Origin: Eledone cirrhosa
Taxonomy: Eukaryota
Reading direction: 5' to 3'
DNA length: 64,000 nucleotides
Assembly: GCA_964016885.1 (NCBI GenBank)
Contig: OZ024740.1
Span: 355,818,001 to 355,882,000 of the forward strand
Under the pieces are notes generated by a model. It was given only the letters and a program-made list of their open reading frames with translations. It did no database searches and had not been told where the DNA came from. A program made the position numbers and the translations under genes. Positions 13,896-26,924 of the stretch are shown here, piece after piece. Within the stretch, counting starts at the first letter, position 1, and each line of letters begins with the position of its first letter.

Positions 13896-14933
13896 ATGAC
13901 ACCTACACAACCACATTACAGTGTGGGCTGGGTGCTTTTTGGCATGGCTCCTACATGATCACTTTTCAGTATATATACTAATATATATATATATGTATCC
14001 ATATGATATGGTGAAACTCCAGGATACTAGGATACAGACGTGAAAACATAGTAATAATAATAATAACAACATGGAAAAAAATAAGAAAAGTAAAGTGGTA
14101 TGAAAAGATGATACGATAAGGAAGATAATATAAAAAAGTTAAGGTAACTTGACAGTGTAATAAAATGGGATGAGATGAAACGAAAGGATAATGGTGACAG
14201 TCAAATAAAGTGGGGTGGGGTGAATTAAATAGATGTAACAGCGAAATATAAAATAAAAAGATAATAATAATAGAAGAGTAATTAGGATTGGGGTATTTTG
14301 AAAGGTATTATTTTAAAGGAGGTGAAGATTGATGGTGATGTTTGTTATATAGGGCACCAAGTGTGAGAGGTTGTCTATAAAGGAAGAATACTTAATCACT
14401 GAGAGAGCGTCGGTTGATATTGCGTCTGATTGGTCAAAAGTTCATTATTTTGCTTATGTAGTTGGTTGATTATTAATCGTAGTACGAGGGTGAATTTTGT
14501 ATATCTAAAGATATATGGTATGTTTGATAAATAAACATTATATATATATATGAATAACATATTCTATATACATTCTAAAAAGTGATTTAATATATATTGT
14601 TTGCTTCAATTTTCAATTTTTGCTTATTATAAACTTTTTACATGTTTCAGTAAACCTTCAACTAATTACCAGCTGAAGTATTTTATGAGTAATATCAGTC
14701 ACTAAGAAAATTGTTAATTAATTTGATCTATTAGAAGATAGGTTATAAAATTTTAGAGTAAAAATCTACTTTTATGGTTTTTTCTGTTATATTAATCATA
14801 GTACTGTCGTAACTTGAAATTCTTCAGTTCTGTGACTTTAAATTTTTCAGATTTTTGTTGAATGTAGATAAATATCAGTCACCAGGAATGTCTTAATTTA
14901 GGCATTTGATAATTTCCCATTTTCTCCCACCCA

Positions 14934-14968
<35 letters not shown>

Positions 14969-15220
14969 GTCTCATAGGGAGGTTTGAATATTTCTGAAAG
15001 CACCAAAACATCCCCTCAACCTTTTGGACAGTTTTCGATAGATGGCTGCCTTTCCTATCATTACCAACATTACAGAGTGCACTGGGTGCATTTTATCCTG
15101 TTACCATCACTAAGGGAAGATAATATGCATATATATGTATATATATATATACATGTACATTTAGAAAGATAATGGAAAAGTTGACTTTAATGATGATGAT
15201 GTACTACATACGCACATATA

Positions 15221-15418
15221 CCAGGGTCGGCTGAAAAGTTCATAGGCTGGCTATGAATGAGTGATGCTAGAACTGTGAAATCTTGTATGCATTAAATTCA
15301 ATTTTTCTTATTAATAACTGCATTGTTTCCTTCCAGAGACTATGTTGAAAAATAAACCTCATTTGGTCATTCCATGAGAGTATCTTGCTCAGCCTATGAC
15401 CTTTTTAGCTGACTTACA
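15221..15418. mobile_element. Tc1/mariner-type MITE
   Basis: TA followed by TIR CCAGGGTCGGCTGAAAAGTTCATAGGCTG ... CAGCCTATGACCTTTTTAGCTGAC; partial second copy at about 19962-20018. Confidence 0.7.
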
Positions 15419-15540
15419 TACACACATACATATAATAACCACCCCCAGACACATATATATATATATATATGGATGTTAAACGGTGATGATGAGGATGATA
15501 TATATATATATATATAATGGTAAAGCAGATATTAATTAAT

Positions 15541-15642
15541 TGTTTCTACTTTAGGCACAAGGCCAGCAATTCACCAGTACTTTATTTTATCGACCCCGTA
15601 AGGATAAAAGGCAAAGTCAACCTCGGCGGGATTTGAACTCAG
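15541..15642 (-). mobile_element. SINE-A partial copy
   Basis: Homologous to 11190-11400. Confidence 0.8.
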
Positions 15643-15952
15643 ATATTAATTAATAGTGATGATATACACACACACACCTATTTATTTATATATCATCTGT
15701 GGAAGCTATTTTACAGAACCAGTTCAATGTATCACATATGGCTTTCTGTAGATCTTCTCAGATATAAAAATATTTTTTTACTTATCAGAAAAACTAAGGA
15801 ATTTTGTCTGATGTATTGATAAGCATGTTTACTGAGTCAGTAGGAGGTGAATGGTTTGATTGATTCACATCAAGGAATTTATCAATAATTCTCTTTTGAA
15901 TCTTCGTTTATACACACACACACACACACATATAGATAGGCGCGTTTGTGTG

Positions 15953-15996
<44 letters not shown>

Positions 15997-16148
15997 GTTG
16001 ATGGGTGAGAAAAAGGAGTACTCAATACCAAAACAGAGTTTGAATATTCTTTATTATTAAGGCTAAAAAGTGGGAATTCTGGAGTCTCACTTGTGATAAA
16101 CAGGCAAACTCCCAAGTAACAAGACTCACTTTTTAGCCTTAATAATAA

Positions 16149-16190
<42 letters not shown>

Positions 16191-16415
16191 TATAGTGAAA
16201 GAATGAAGAATACCATTCTTTCACTATTATTACTCCAAGTATAACCTGCATAGAAATTACCGCTGACTCGCTGCCTAACTATGGAAACATCTTGTTGAGT
16301 TAAACAAAGCCGTACGTTAAAACTATCTACGGCACAGAGTACTCACAATCTCTAACTGGATTGCCTATAACGATAACTTGTTATCCCATATATATATATA
16401 TATATATACATATAT

Positions 16416-16868
16416 ACACTGGACCGAGACCTTTGGCGGTACTCAGTAACAGAGAAGACCCGCCTTACCTAAATATATAGTAAAACCTACTCCAGCCAGT
16501 AGGCATCTCTAACAAAATACACTCCGTCCCACCACCACCACCCCCACCCCATCCACACCACCCCGTTCTATGTAAAGTTATGTTGGTGCCGCGCCATTGA
16601 GGCCGAAACAAATGAGATCGTGTAGGTGTCACGACAAAAAAACACACAGTCCACGCTGTAATGTGGCCGTGTAGGCAACACGGTAAAAACCTCCCAGACC
16701 CACACTGTAAATGTGGTTGGTGTTAGGAAGGGCATCCAACTGTAGAAAACCTGCCAGACAGTCTTATGCGAGCAAGACAATTACTCTTGCCTCAAGTGGG
16801 ACTACCCCCGTCCAAACCCATGCAAGCGTGGAACACGGACGTTAAACGTTGATGATGATGATGATGAT
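16416..16868 (+). mobile_element. RTE LINE, heavily 5'-truncated young copy (ORF end, 3' UTR, (GAT)n tail)
   Basis: Near-identical to 46796-47357; lies between two (TA)n tracts. Confidence 0.9.
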
Positions 16869-17189
16869 ATATATATACATATATATAAATTAATAAATAA
16901 ATAAATCAATGCTATTGTTAATTAATAAATAAATTAACTAATACCTTAACACTTTACACAAAGTAAAATATTTTGTTTTAAACATTTTCTAACCCAGAAA
17001 AAAGAGAAAAAAATAAAGGAAAAAAAAATATTTTTCTTCATAATAATCGTTTTGTTCTCCCTATTTACATATATATATACATATATATACATATATCAAT
17101 GATATTAATAAATGGAAAGTTTTTCCGTTCAAGTTTGAACCGTTAAGATCTCCTTCCTGGATATGTCAATATTTATAAAACAAACTTTG

Positions 17190-17250
17190 TATTTTATCTG
17201 ATGAGAGCGTACCAAAGTTTTGGTACCCTTAAAATATATATAATAGAATA
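17190..17250 (+). ncRNA. Degenerate type I hammerhead ribozyme motif
   Basis: TATTTTAT CTGATGA GAGCGTACCAAAG/TTTTGGTACCCTT AAAA TATATAT A ATAGAATA; GAAA has decayed to AAAA. Confidence 0.6.
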
Positions 17251-17704
17251 AATATGGTTTTATAAATATAGTTTCCATTTATTAATGTCATTGATATTAT
17301 ACTCCAGAAAACTTGTAGAGTGCTTCGAATCAGTTATAAATATACATATTTGTTGAATTACCAACAAATTAAATATCCCTTTTGCTTATATATATATATA
17401 TATATATATATATAACCCATGCTAGCGTGGAAAATGGACGTTAAACGAAGATGATGATGATATATATTACATACATATATATATTAAACTTAAGCCTAAA
17501 TCTGATTTTGGTGGGGATACAAATTATATGTATATATATATGTATATTATATTATTTATTTATGTTCAAATATAGTACAAAAGTGGTACCTAAGTACAAT
17601 ATTGGCACAATATTGACCATATCTCCAGAATGTAAGAGGTCAAATGTTGGGCCTTGAAACCTTAGGTAGTGCTTTTGTTCCATATATAAACATAAATAAA
17701 TAAT

Positions 17705-17882
17705 TGTTTCTACTTTTGGCACAAGGCCAGCAATTTTTTCAGTCTATTACTGGTACTTTATTTTATTGACCCAGTAAGGATGAAAGGCAAAGTTAACCTC
17801 AGCAGGATTTGAACTCAGACCATAAAGGGCTGTAACTCTTTGCTATAAAGCATGGCATCCGACCCTCTACCAATACTGCCAG
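17705..17882 (-). mobile_element. SINE-A copy
   Basis: Homologous to 11190-11400. Confidence 0.8.
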
Positions 17883-18005
17883 CTCTCTTTCCGATTGAGC
17901 ACTGTTTTCCTTTTTCCTTCTTCACACTTATGAATATTACTACAAATACATATACACACAACACACACACATGTATGTATGTGTATCTGTGTGTCTGTGT
18001 GTGTG

Positions 18006-18038
<33 letters not shown>

Positions 18039-18657
18039 ATGTGTGTATGTGTGAGTGTGTGTCAAATAAATGTAGATCTGTGATACTCGCATGGCGCTAT
18101 ATGGTTCTATGTTACAAAAGTTTCTTTTAAAGTATTTTATATTTATCTAAAAGTCATCTCTCACTACTTTATGTAAGAGTGTTTATTAAGATCCACACAT
18201 CAACTTAATAACATCAAAGGTAGTTATATTACTAAATCACTTCACATTTTTTATTATTTTCAAAATTGTTTAAATATCATAGGCAGGGTCATTCATTAAA
18301 AATATGGTAATAAAAGGGTTTTAAATACAATCCATATTTATTCAGGCCATTATTTCCTAAAGTAGGCTCTACTTCTCCCTTGGGGGTGCTGGGAGACTGG
18401 TGCACAACACTGGAAAGCAAGAGGCTAGTAGGATGTTATTGGATGATAAGGGGTAGAGACAAAGATGTTATTGGATGGTAAGGGGTAGAGACCTAGTAAG
18501 AGTTGAATTAACCATTAAGCAAAATAAACACATTCTTAAGGTATCAAGGGAAGAGAAGTATTATTCTATTCAAATTAGATGTATTTGTCATTCACCCCCA
18601 CCAAATTGTTTTTGCAGATTTTATGAGGAACACCATAATCCTTTAAGTGGTTAGAGA

Positions 18658-19160
18658 CCCCTACATTAACCCCTTTGATACCCTGCATTAGCCCTTTTGA
18701 TACCCTACATTAATCCTTTTGATAGCCAGCATTAACCCTTTTGATATCTACATTAGCCCTTTTGATACCCTGCATTAGCCCTTTTGATACCCTACATTAA
18801 CTCTTTTGATAGCCTGCATTAACCCTTTTGATACCTACATTAGCCCTTTTGATACCCTGCATTAGCCCTTTTGATAGCTACATTAACCCTTTGATACCCT
18901 ACATTAACCCTTTTGATACCTTACATTAACCCTTTTGATACCCTACATTAGCCCTTTTGATACCCTGTATTAACCCTTTTGAAACCCTGCATTAGCCCTT
19001 TCGATACCCTACATTAACCCTTTTGATATCCTACATTAACCCTTTTGATACCCTGCATTAGCCCTTTGATACCATACATTAACCTTTTTGATACCCTGCA
19101 CTAATCCTTTTGATACCCTGTATTAGCCCTTTTAATATTCTGCATTAATGCTTTTGATAT
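18658..19160. repeat. 22-bp minisatellite, about 23 copies (CCCT[A/G]CATTA[A/G]CCCTTTTGATA)
   Basis: Head-to-tail units with no spacers; each unit contains the piggyBac-MITE terminus TTAACCCTTTTGATACC. Confidence 0.95.
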
Positions 19161-19383
19161 TGACTAGCCTGAAACTGACTTGGTACACAACTACTTATTT
19201 TTAAAAGTTTATATTAAAACCATCCATCATAATTTTAATTAAGGAATTTTTGTTAAATAATGCTTCAAACATCAACTTAATAATTAAAGCGATAGTTATT
19301 TCATTAGATTTTTCAAATTTTTAAAATTGTCTGATACATATATGCAATGAGCTTCATTAGAAATACAGTAATGACAAGGTTAA
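19145..19383 (+). mobile_element. piggyBac-type MITE family 2, degraded
   Basis: TTAATGCTTTTGATA...GTAATGACAAGGTTAA; body similar to 51600-51836. Confidence 0.6.
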
Positions 19384-20104
19384 ACATACATCATTTGTAA
19401 CCCAAAATCTCTGTTGTTGAAAATAGCAGAGATGCACAAGCATGCACATTCACATACATACTTACACAAATATGGATGCGCATAGTACTACATGCATCAA
19501 CAGAAAAAAATAAACAACTAAAATTAGAAACAGCCTCAACCCCTTAAAAGAATCTACTGATAAGTTACATCACAAGCTATGTGCCTAGAAGGGCAGTAAC
19601 TCTGACTAAGAACTGATATAGGGTAGAGAGACTCTCTAGTCTTCCTCAGATGAGACAACATCTCTACTGCATGTAGCAGAATCAATGCTGAAGCTGGTAA
19701 TATTTTCTAGTTATGTGTGTGCAGCATGATGCAGTCCCAGTGACCTGTCCAGCTTATGCCAGCATGGAGAAACAGATGTAAAGTGAGAATAAAGGGTGGA
19801 TTTACTTCTTTTGATACTCTAAGCAATTAAAATATAATGGTTCCCTTCCTACCCCGTTCATAATGTCTGTTAATAAAAATTGGGAAATGGGAAATGACAA
19901 ATACATTTAAACAGAATAAAATTTATTACATTAAAAAAAAAAAAATTTAAATAAAAATTATATTTAGTCATTCCATGAGAGTATCTTGGTCAGCTTATGA
20001 ACTCTTCAGGTGACCATTGTGTGAATATATATATATATATGTGTACGTGTGTGTGTGTGTGTATATATATATAATCATCATCATTTATATATATATATAT
20101 ATAT

Positions 20105-20355
20105 CACCTTGATCACCTTGACCGACCAGTCTGTCGGCCGCCGCAGGTCACAGCACGTCGTGCTGTTTTAGCCATAAGATAACGCCATCCCGCTGGCTGG
20201 GCGGGCAGGCCGGTACTCATTTCTACAGCTGAGTAAACTGGAGCAACGTGAAATAAAGTGTCTTGCTCAAGGAAACAACACATCACCTGGTCCGAGAATT
20301 GAACTCACTATCTTTCGATTGCAGGCCCAATGCTTTAACCACTAAGCCATCTGCC
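20105..20355 (-). mobile_element. tRNA-derived CORE-type SINE (family B)
   Basis: Minus strand A box TGGCTTAGTGG, B box GAGTTCAATTC, then CCTTGAGCAAGACACTTT...CAGTTTACTCAGCTGTAGAAATGAG, which resembles the CORE domain. Confidence 0.8.
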
Positions 20356-20409
<54 letters not shown>

Positions 20410-20497
20410 ATGTAGGAGGTGAGTTTTATTGTAGTACAATAAAGCAATGCAGATATCGGATAAGAAGCACTCTACAGTTTGTAGGACTGGAGTATAC

Positions 20498-20842
20498 ATA
20501 ATATATAAGATCAAAAGATGGTTAAATGAGTTCCATGTATTTTATTATGCGCATTTCAAAAACAAATATCATCATGCAATAACATTTGTGTTTTCATCAG
20601 ATAAAATAGGAGGACATGATATGAAGGTTAAAAAACACTTGTGGATAGTGCAGTTTTAAATCAACATATGATATGTTGATTTAAAACTGCACTATCCACA
20701 AGTGTTTTTTAACCTTCATATCATGTCCTCCTATTTTATCTGATGAAAACACAAATGTTATTGCATGATGATATTTGTTTTTGAAATGCGCATAATAAAA
20801 TACATGGAACTCATTTAACCATCTTTTGATCTTATATATTAT
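20498..20842. repeat. Perfect fold-back palindrome, 172-bp arms with 1-nt spacer (G20670)
   Basis: The arms are reverse complements by inspection; each arm carries a hammerhead motif. Confidence 0.95.
20732..20802 (+). ncRNA. Minimal type I hammerhead ribozyme with intact core (mirror copy on - strand at 20538-20608)
   Basis: Stem I TATTTTAT/ATAAAATA, core CTGATGA, ~16-bp stem II, GAA, palindromic stem III ATGCGCAT, cleavage triplet AUA (after 20794). Confidence 0.85.
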
Positions 20843-20923
20843 ATTATATATTATATATATATATATACGTGGGAAAGTAAAAAATTGGAGAATAGACCGT
20901 TAAAACATGTTTATTTAAAATAT

Positions 20924-20962
20924 CACCTACGTACGTTTCACCCAGTTGGGCTTCTCAAGGGC
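20924..20962 (-). ncRNA. Variant hammerhead-like motif
   Basis: Minus strand: GCC CTTGAGAA GCCC AACT GGGT GAAAC GTAC GTA GGTG; palindromic stem III ACGTACGT, non-canonical 5' core. Confidence 0.5.
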
Positions 20963-21021
20963 ATAAATAATCACAAGTGTTCCTTATATTGCTCGGAAAG
21001 AGTTTTTGGGGTTATATATAT

Positions 21022-21262
21022 ATATTGTTATACTTGGGGAGGGTCATATTTGTGTAATATTGCCAGAATTAATAACAGAACACACTCACTGTTTGGTTGG
21101 TTTTCGCTTTTCGCTTCTGTGTCTTTTATATTGGTAATCTAATTTACTCGGTCCTCAATGTTGCCATTGACTGACCGACGGTCAAAAATAATACAGATAC
21201 AATATAGACACAAACACATATATATAGTTTATCATAAATCTTTCGTTGCACATCTGCAACAT
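21022..21262 (-). mobile_element. PLE 3' UTR fragment, with its hammerhead truncated at the 5' side
   Basis: Homologous to 9033-9250; GTTGCAGATGTGCAACGAAAG retained, CTGATGA lost at the (TA)n junction. Confidence 0.85.
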
Positions 21263-21385
21263 ATATACACATACATACATATATAAATATATATATATAT
21301 ATGTGTGTGTATATATATATACATACATATATAAATATATGTATATATATATGTGTGTGTGTATATATATATATGTGTGTGTGTG

Positions 21386-21416
<31 letters not shown>

Positions 21417-22739
21417 ACACATATATATGAATATATAATTTTTTTATTTATTATCAACCCTCTTTTTTGTTAATTTTGGTTCAGCAACACCACATGCTCC
21501 ATACTAAATCTGACAATGGAAAATCTCAGTGGTGCCACCCATCATTGATGCCCTAAGCAAGTATTATTTTGTTTAAAACTTAATGATCTGACCCTGACTT
21601 TACACAACAGACAAAAAAGTTTCTATATAGATACTGCACCTGCTAAAATTATTTGTAGCCAAATTAGATCACCCCTTGTCATCTTCAACTTGGATAATAA
21701 TGCTTAAAAAAAAGATGATTTATAGGCATTGTTGTTATTCACTCCAAAATCCAACCTTGTGCTTAATTCAACTCATACTCACCCACTCACGCAACTATAC
21801 ACTCACTCATTCACAAAATATAAGATAAAAATAAACAAAAATCAATTTATTTATGCATCATAAGTGAAAGGAAGCAAAGAAATAATCTATTTTGAGATTT
21901 AGGCATGACTAACTAGTTCAAACCAATGGTTATAATTCTACTGTTTATTGTTTAGTTATGAGAAAATGGGATATATTTGGAGAGGAATTTAATATAGGGA
22001 AGTACAGAATTTTACTTACAGAATGCTAGAAAGCTGAGTTTAATGTTTACAGAAACTACATTTCTCTGAAAATTTTATCTATTAAATCTGGGTTAATAAT
22101 AAATAATACTCTAGTATAAAATATTTCACATGGTATTAAGGAAATAACAAAGAAAAAAAACAAAACTCTTTACTCCATGCTGAAGGGAGATAAGTCATGT
22201 TTTCCTGATTCACAGATAAGTCGTATATTTTATAGCAAGGGCTGGAATATGCAAAAATGGTAAAATCCTACACTAAGTTTATTGAGCTACTTATTCTTGT
22301 TCTTTTATGTTCTTACTTAAAATGTTTTCAATTAGTAACTTTGTTTTCTATCTTTCCAGTAATATGTACCAGTAATATTGTAGGATGATTCAGTTGGCTT
22401 TATCTCTTTTGCTTCTCCATTAAAAAAAATGGTATTTTGCTTTAGGATGAAAACCAATATATTGTTGTTGTTGTTTAACTCTAGGTCAGCTAGGAATTAT
22501 CAAATTTTCTCCAGCCATGACCAAGCTGTCTATTTCTAAGATGTAATTTCTAAGGGTGTAATTTGAGGGAAACGTAGCTGCTATTTCTGGCACATGTTTG
22601 CTCCTTTGTTAATATGAGTTGTTTTTATTTAATGTTCCTGTAGTTCAGATTTGTCAATAAGCATATGGTGAATGTAATACAACAAAGAACATATGAATTA
22701 GTTATTTCAATTTGTATATTTAGCAGGTGTGAAGGCTGA

Positions 22740-23217
22740 AGGAAACAAGTATTTGATGGGCTTATATACCCATTTGTGTATATTTATATATATATATAGA
22801 TTTATATACACATTGGTGCTGTCCTGGCTATCCACTCTGTTTGTATACAGATATCATTTTATCATACACTTCAGCTGCTAGCACACTTCTTAATACATAT
22901 GTTAGTTAATCACCAACACGAGTGCTAATTATATGCAAATAATACTAAGAGCGTATGGGTATAGAAGCCCATCAAATTCATGTTCCCTTGTGGTTGTTTC
23001 GATAATATACACATCTTCTGATGAGACCCAATTAAGTCAGAAAATCAATTAAAGGTTGTTTTTTTTCCAATTTATAGGGAAATTCATATTTTCTGGCATG
23101 TTTACATTTCTACATATTAAAAATGTGTATATATCTATACACATTTGTGCAGTCTCAGTTACTCACTGTGTATATATACAGATATGACTATCATACACTT
23201 CGGCTGCTAGCACACTT

Positions 23218-23222
<5 letters not shown>
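22740..23222 (+). mobile_element. PLE-like pseudo-LTR remnant with direct and inverted repeats
   Basis: ~88-bp direct repeats (about 22804-22892 and 23135-23222), ~33-bp inverted repeat (about 22741-22773 and 22955-22987), internal hammerhead motif, (TA)n flank. Confidence 0.6.
23013..23056 (+). ncRNA. Degenerate minimal hammerhead ribozyme motif
   Basis: ATCTT CTGATGA GAC CCAATTAA GTC A GAA AATCAATT A AAGGT. Confidence 0.6.
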
Positions 23223-23259
<37 letters not shown>

Positions 23260-24956
23260 ATGTCTGTATATTCCAGGTATGTGCAGAACAAGACCCTAGG
23301 CATTTTCTTTAGAGCATTGGACGAATCCCCCAGCCCCATACACAGGTGTCACAGGCTTTCAACTAGATGTTCCCAAAACAATATGGAATTGACCAACAGG
23401 TCTGAGACCATCCACAAACCACCACAATCACATTAACTCATTTAATGATAAGAGCAAATGTTTCTGGACTAGGCTGGCCAGCATGAATTGAATCCTTAAA
23501 AATGCGTGCACCCAGTTTGATTTAAGCTAGAGTATTGTAAGACATGTAGTGTTCTACTCAGTGGGCCTATGGCAGTGCTACCTTTGCTTAGCTGAAGTTA
23601 TAGAAATCCCTAAATTAAAGACTAATACAATCAACCTGAAATCAGAAATCATATGGAACTGCCAACACTCCAGGAGCTTCACATTCTCAGTTTTGGGCTT
23701 CCCCATAAGAACCACACCAATGGTTAATTGGCTGTGCATGGAATCTGTCCATCACTGGAACAATTTATATGGACAGTAAGTACTCTCCTTTCCCTCCACT
23801 ATCCTTTAGTTCTGTTTACTACCCTTTTCTCTAACACTTAAACCACTTTTGCATTATCTCTTACAGTACTTATTCATTATTTCAATATTTTTTTTTTACT
23901 TTGCGGTCATTGTTCTATCGATTACTTCCTTTCAGTTACAACTAAACAGAAACACCCAAGTTTTTTTCTTGCACACGTATTTCTATTTCAGACACTTTAA
24001 AAGAAGCAGTTCTATGTTGTAAAACATGAGGGGGAGGGGGGGGGGTGATATGAGAAGGGCTAAATACTGTGAGAGAGTTTTATAGCAAGCTGATGGATAT
24101 GTTTGATGGTGGCAGAAAAATATATAAACTTTAAAAAGCACTGCATTGAGTTTATAACATGTTTAACATAATAAAGTGAAAGAAAAATATTGTTTACATG
24201 TTTTGATTTGGTGAAGATAAATAATGTTTTTTTAAAATATGACTTATGATGAAACGCAAAAAATTCATAGAATCAAAACGAAAAAAATGTCGAATTACAT
24301 ATATTATGTAACTAGTGATTTATGAATCTTGCAATCATATCTACAGCAGGTGTTTTATTGTATATTTGAGTGGCTTACTTCATTTCTTGCATATTAGTTC
24401 ACCTAACTGTTTGTAAAATATACCTGTTAATTTGAGAATATAACATATGATATCCTGTCCTGAAGGAGAGTTATCACTCATTTTCCTTTTTTGCAATAGG
24501 AGTTGAGAGACAAGCATTGCTCTTATGATACCCCCTATCCTTGAGATGGCTTTTTAAAATTGATTAAATGTTTAATGTTTGGTCTACAAGGAAAGTTGTA
24601 ATCATGTTTTTGCAGGTTCTCCATGACAGCTGAGGTTAATGCAGTTGATGTTTTTGAACATTGCAAGTCAATGATTGCAGATAAAAGATGCATGATCTGG
24701 AAAACAAGGGTTGGGTATAGTGGTTATTGCCAGATCTAGGTGGGGTGTGAAGTGAGATATAATATGAGAAGAAAGATAATTGAGTTGGCTAGTCTATGTA
24801 GAGGTATAGACAGGGATGGATTAACATTAGGCAAAATAAACACAATTTTAAGGGATCAAAGGAAGAAGGGCACCATTTTATTAAAATTAGATGTATAGAT
24901 ATAGTTTTCACCCTCACCTCCACCCCACACTTTATATATAGGAGGCCCCATATTAA

Positions 24957-25192
24957 CCCTTTAGAATTTAAACCAGCTGTATATGGTCAGAATTCTCTCA
25001 CTTCTTTCTGTTCAAACTGGCTGTAACTGGCCACTCATACTATTGTTAAGGTAATGTTTTCAAAATAAATAATATCAAAATAAATAATATCAAAATCTCA
25101 TAGATTCGATATTTTGTGAGATAATTATGTGAGGTAAAGCCTTTTCCATGAAAATATAATAGTAAATATAGATTAATATAAATGCTAAAGGA
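24957..25192 (+). mobile_element. piggyBac-type MITE family 1
   Basis: TTAA|CCCTTTAGAATTT...AAATGCTAAAGGA|TTAA; six copies in the window. Confidence 0.85.
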
Positions 25193-26924
25193 TTAAGTGT
25201 TTAGGGTCTCAAGCAGACTTAATCCAGCCCTGGTCAGATCCAAGGAGCAACAGAAGCCACGGTAACAGTAATAGTAGCAGAAAAAAGCTGAGCAACAGAA
25301 TGTCTGGGTGAGAGGCTGGAGTGTGTTGGTAAGTGACTCCATGACAGTTTGGTGGTCTTTCTCTGGATACTGTCTAAGATATCTGATATCTCTTTGGGCA
25401 GCAGATATTGCAGTAGTTGTGAAATGGCCCAAAATAACATATTAGACTATCAGCTAATGAATTGTGAATCCAGATTTACTGATAATGTTTTTTTTTAGTT
25501 TTTGGACCATTCACTTTATTTTACATTGTTTCTGTTCACTTAGCTGGACTGAAGAAGCACCAAGTTTTTCTGAGAGAGTTACCAATGATAGACCCTTGAA
25601 TTTTTCTGAATATTTATCTCTCACTTGAAAAACACTGTTGTATCTCTACAGATCATATTGATTTGTGAGAGGATTAGCTTGTCAATGTACCCTGATTGTA
25701 GACATTATGTATAAGTTTCTAAGATAAATTACTGTGATAATAATTAACATTTTTCAGAATGTCTGGCTTTAGACATTAAAAAAAAAAGAAAGAAATATGA
25801 CATTTTAACTATTTTAATACCAACCTGTCTGAAGCCATCTCTGGTTCTATGATGAAAAACTATTTGTTTTAAAGTGTTTACATTGAAATTTAAACCTTCC
25901 TTTTTAAGTTTTTGTGAGAATCTTTTCTTAAAATATATTCTAAGCACCAACTTAATAACAAGAATTCTTACAAATTTTTTTAGTATTTTAAAAATGAATT
26001 AAAAATCATAGTATATTTAATAGTCAGACCCATTTTCAATTATCCTCTGGTGTCCTATTTCTATATTATACAGAGTAGCATTAAACTAGTTAAAATGTTA
26101 AAAGCCTATATTAGAAAAAAAGGTTCTGTACTGGAACTCAGTCCATGGAAATAGATAAATATGTATATGTATAAGGATAGAACAACTGATTAGTATGTGG
26201 GCTGATGAACAATTTGAATGTCTCATGTAAAAAACATGGACGACTAGAAAATATAAATTATTATCATTGTATGGATAATCATACACATGGACATGTAATA
26301 CATATAGATGGTGATTGTTGGTGAAGAAGTGCCAGGAGTTCAAAGTGGAAAGAAGTTGTGGATGAGAAAGACCAAGAATGATGAGAGCAGAGGTGATGAA
26401 AGCTGGTCTGAAGAAACTAAACTTCACAAATGAGATAACAAAGGAAAAATTAATAAATAAATAAATGGAGAGGTGTTGTACTAGAGAGGACTCATCTAAC
26501 CTCTATGATCTGGGAAAAACTGGCAGGTAAAACAACAACAATGACAACGACAATAATAATGATGTACCTATGGCGTGACACACTGACAGAGATATAGAAA
26601 ACAAGCTAATGTCTAGGAACAGATATGCTAACATTTGTACGAAAAATCATAATAAATAAGACACATCATTGTGTCACTGCTTAGTAACAATGTTTATTTA
26701 AAACAAAAGTAAATCGTTGTTAAATAGTTTTGATTTTATGAATTCTAAACAGATTCCTATATTGAAATATATTCTCTGTTAAAATGTGAAAGCTTTGAAC
26801 AGTAATCAAAACAAAGTTTTAAATATTTGGGGTTCTCAGGTAATTTATTTATTGTTAAACAAAAATGGTTTGTATTTCAGAAGAGAAGGCAGGAATGAAC
26901 ATTTTTAATATTCATGAGAAAAAA

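Noticed and set aside
18658-19160. CRISPR-like array
   Set aside because: Units are head-to-tail with no unique spacers, no cas genes are present, and the context is eukaryotic.
20260-20355. tRNA gene
   Set aside because: The A and B boxes belong to a SINE head that continues into a CORE-like body; no complete cloverleaf.
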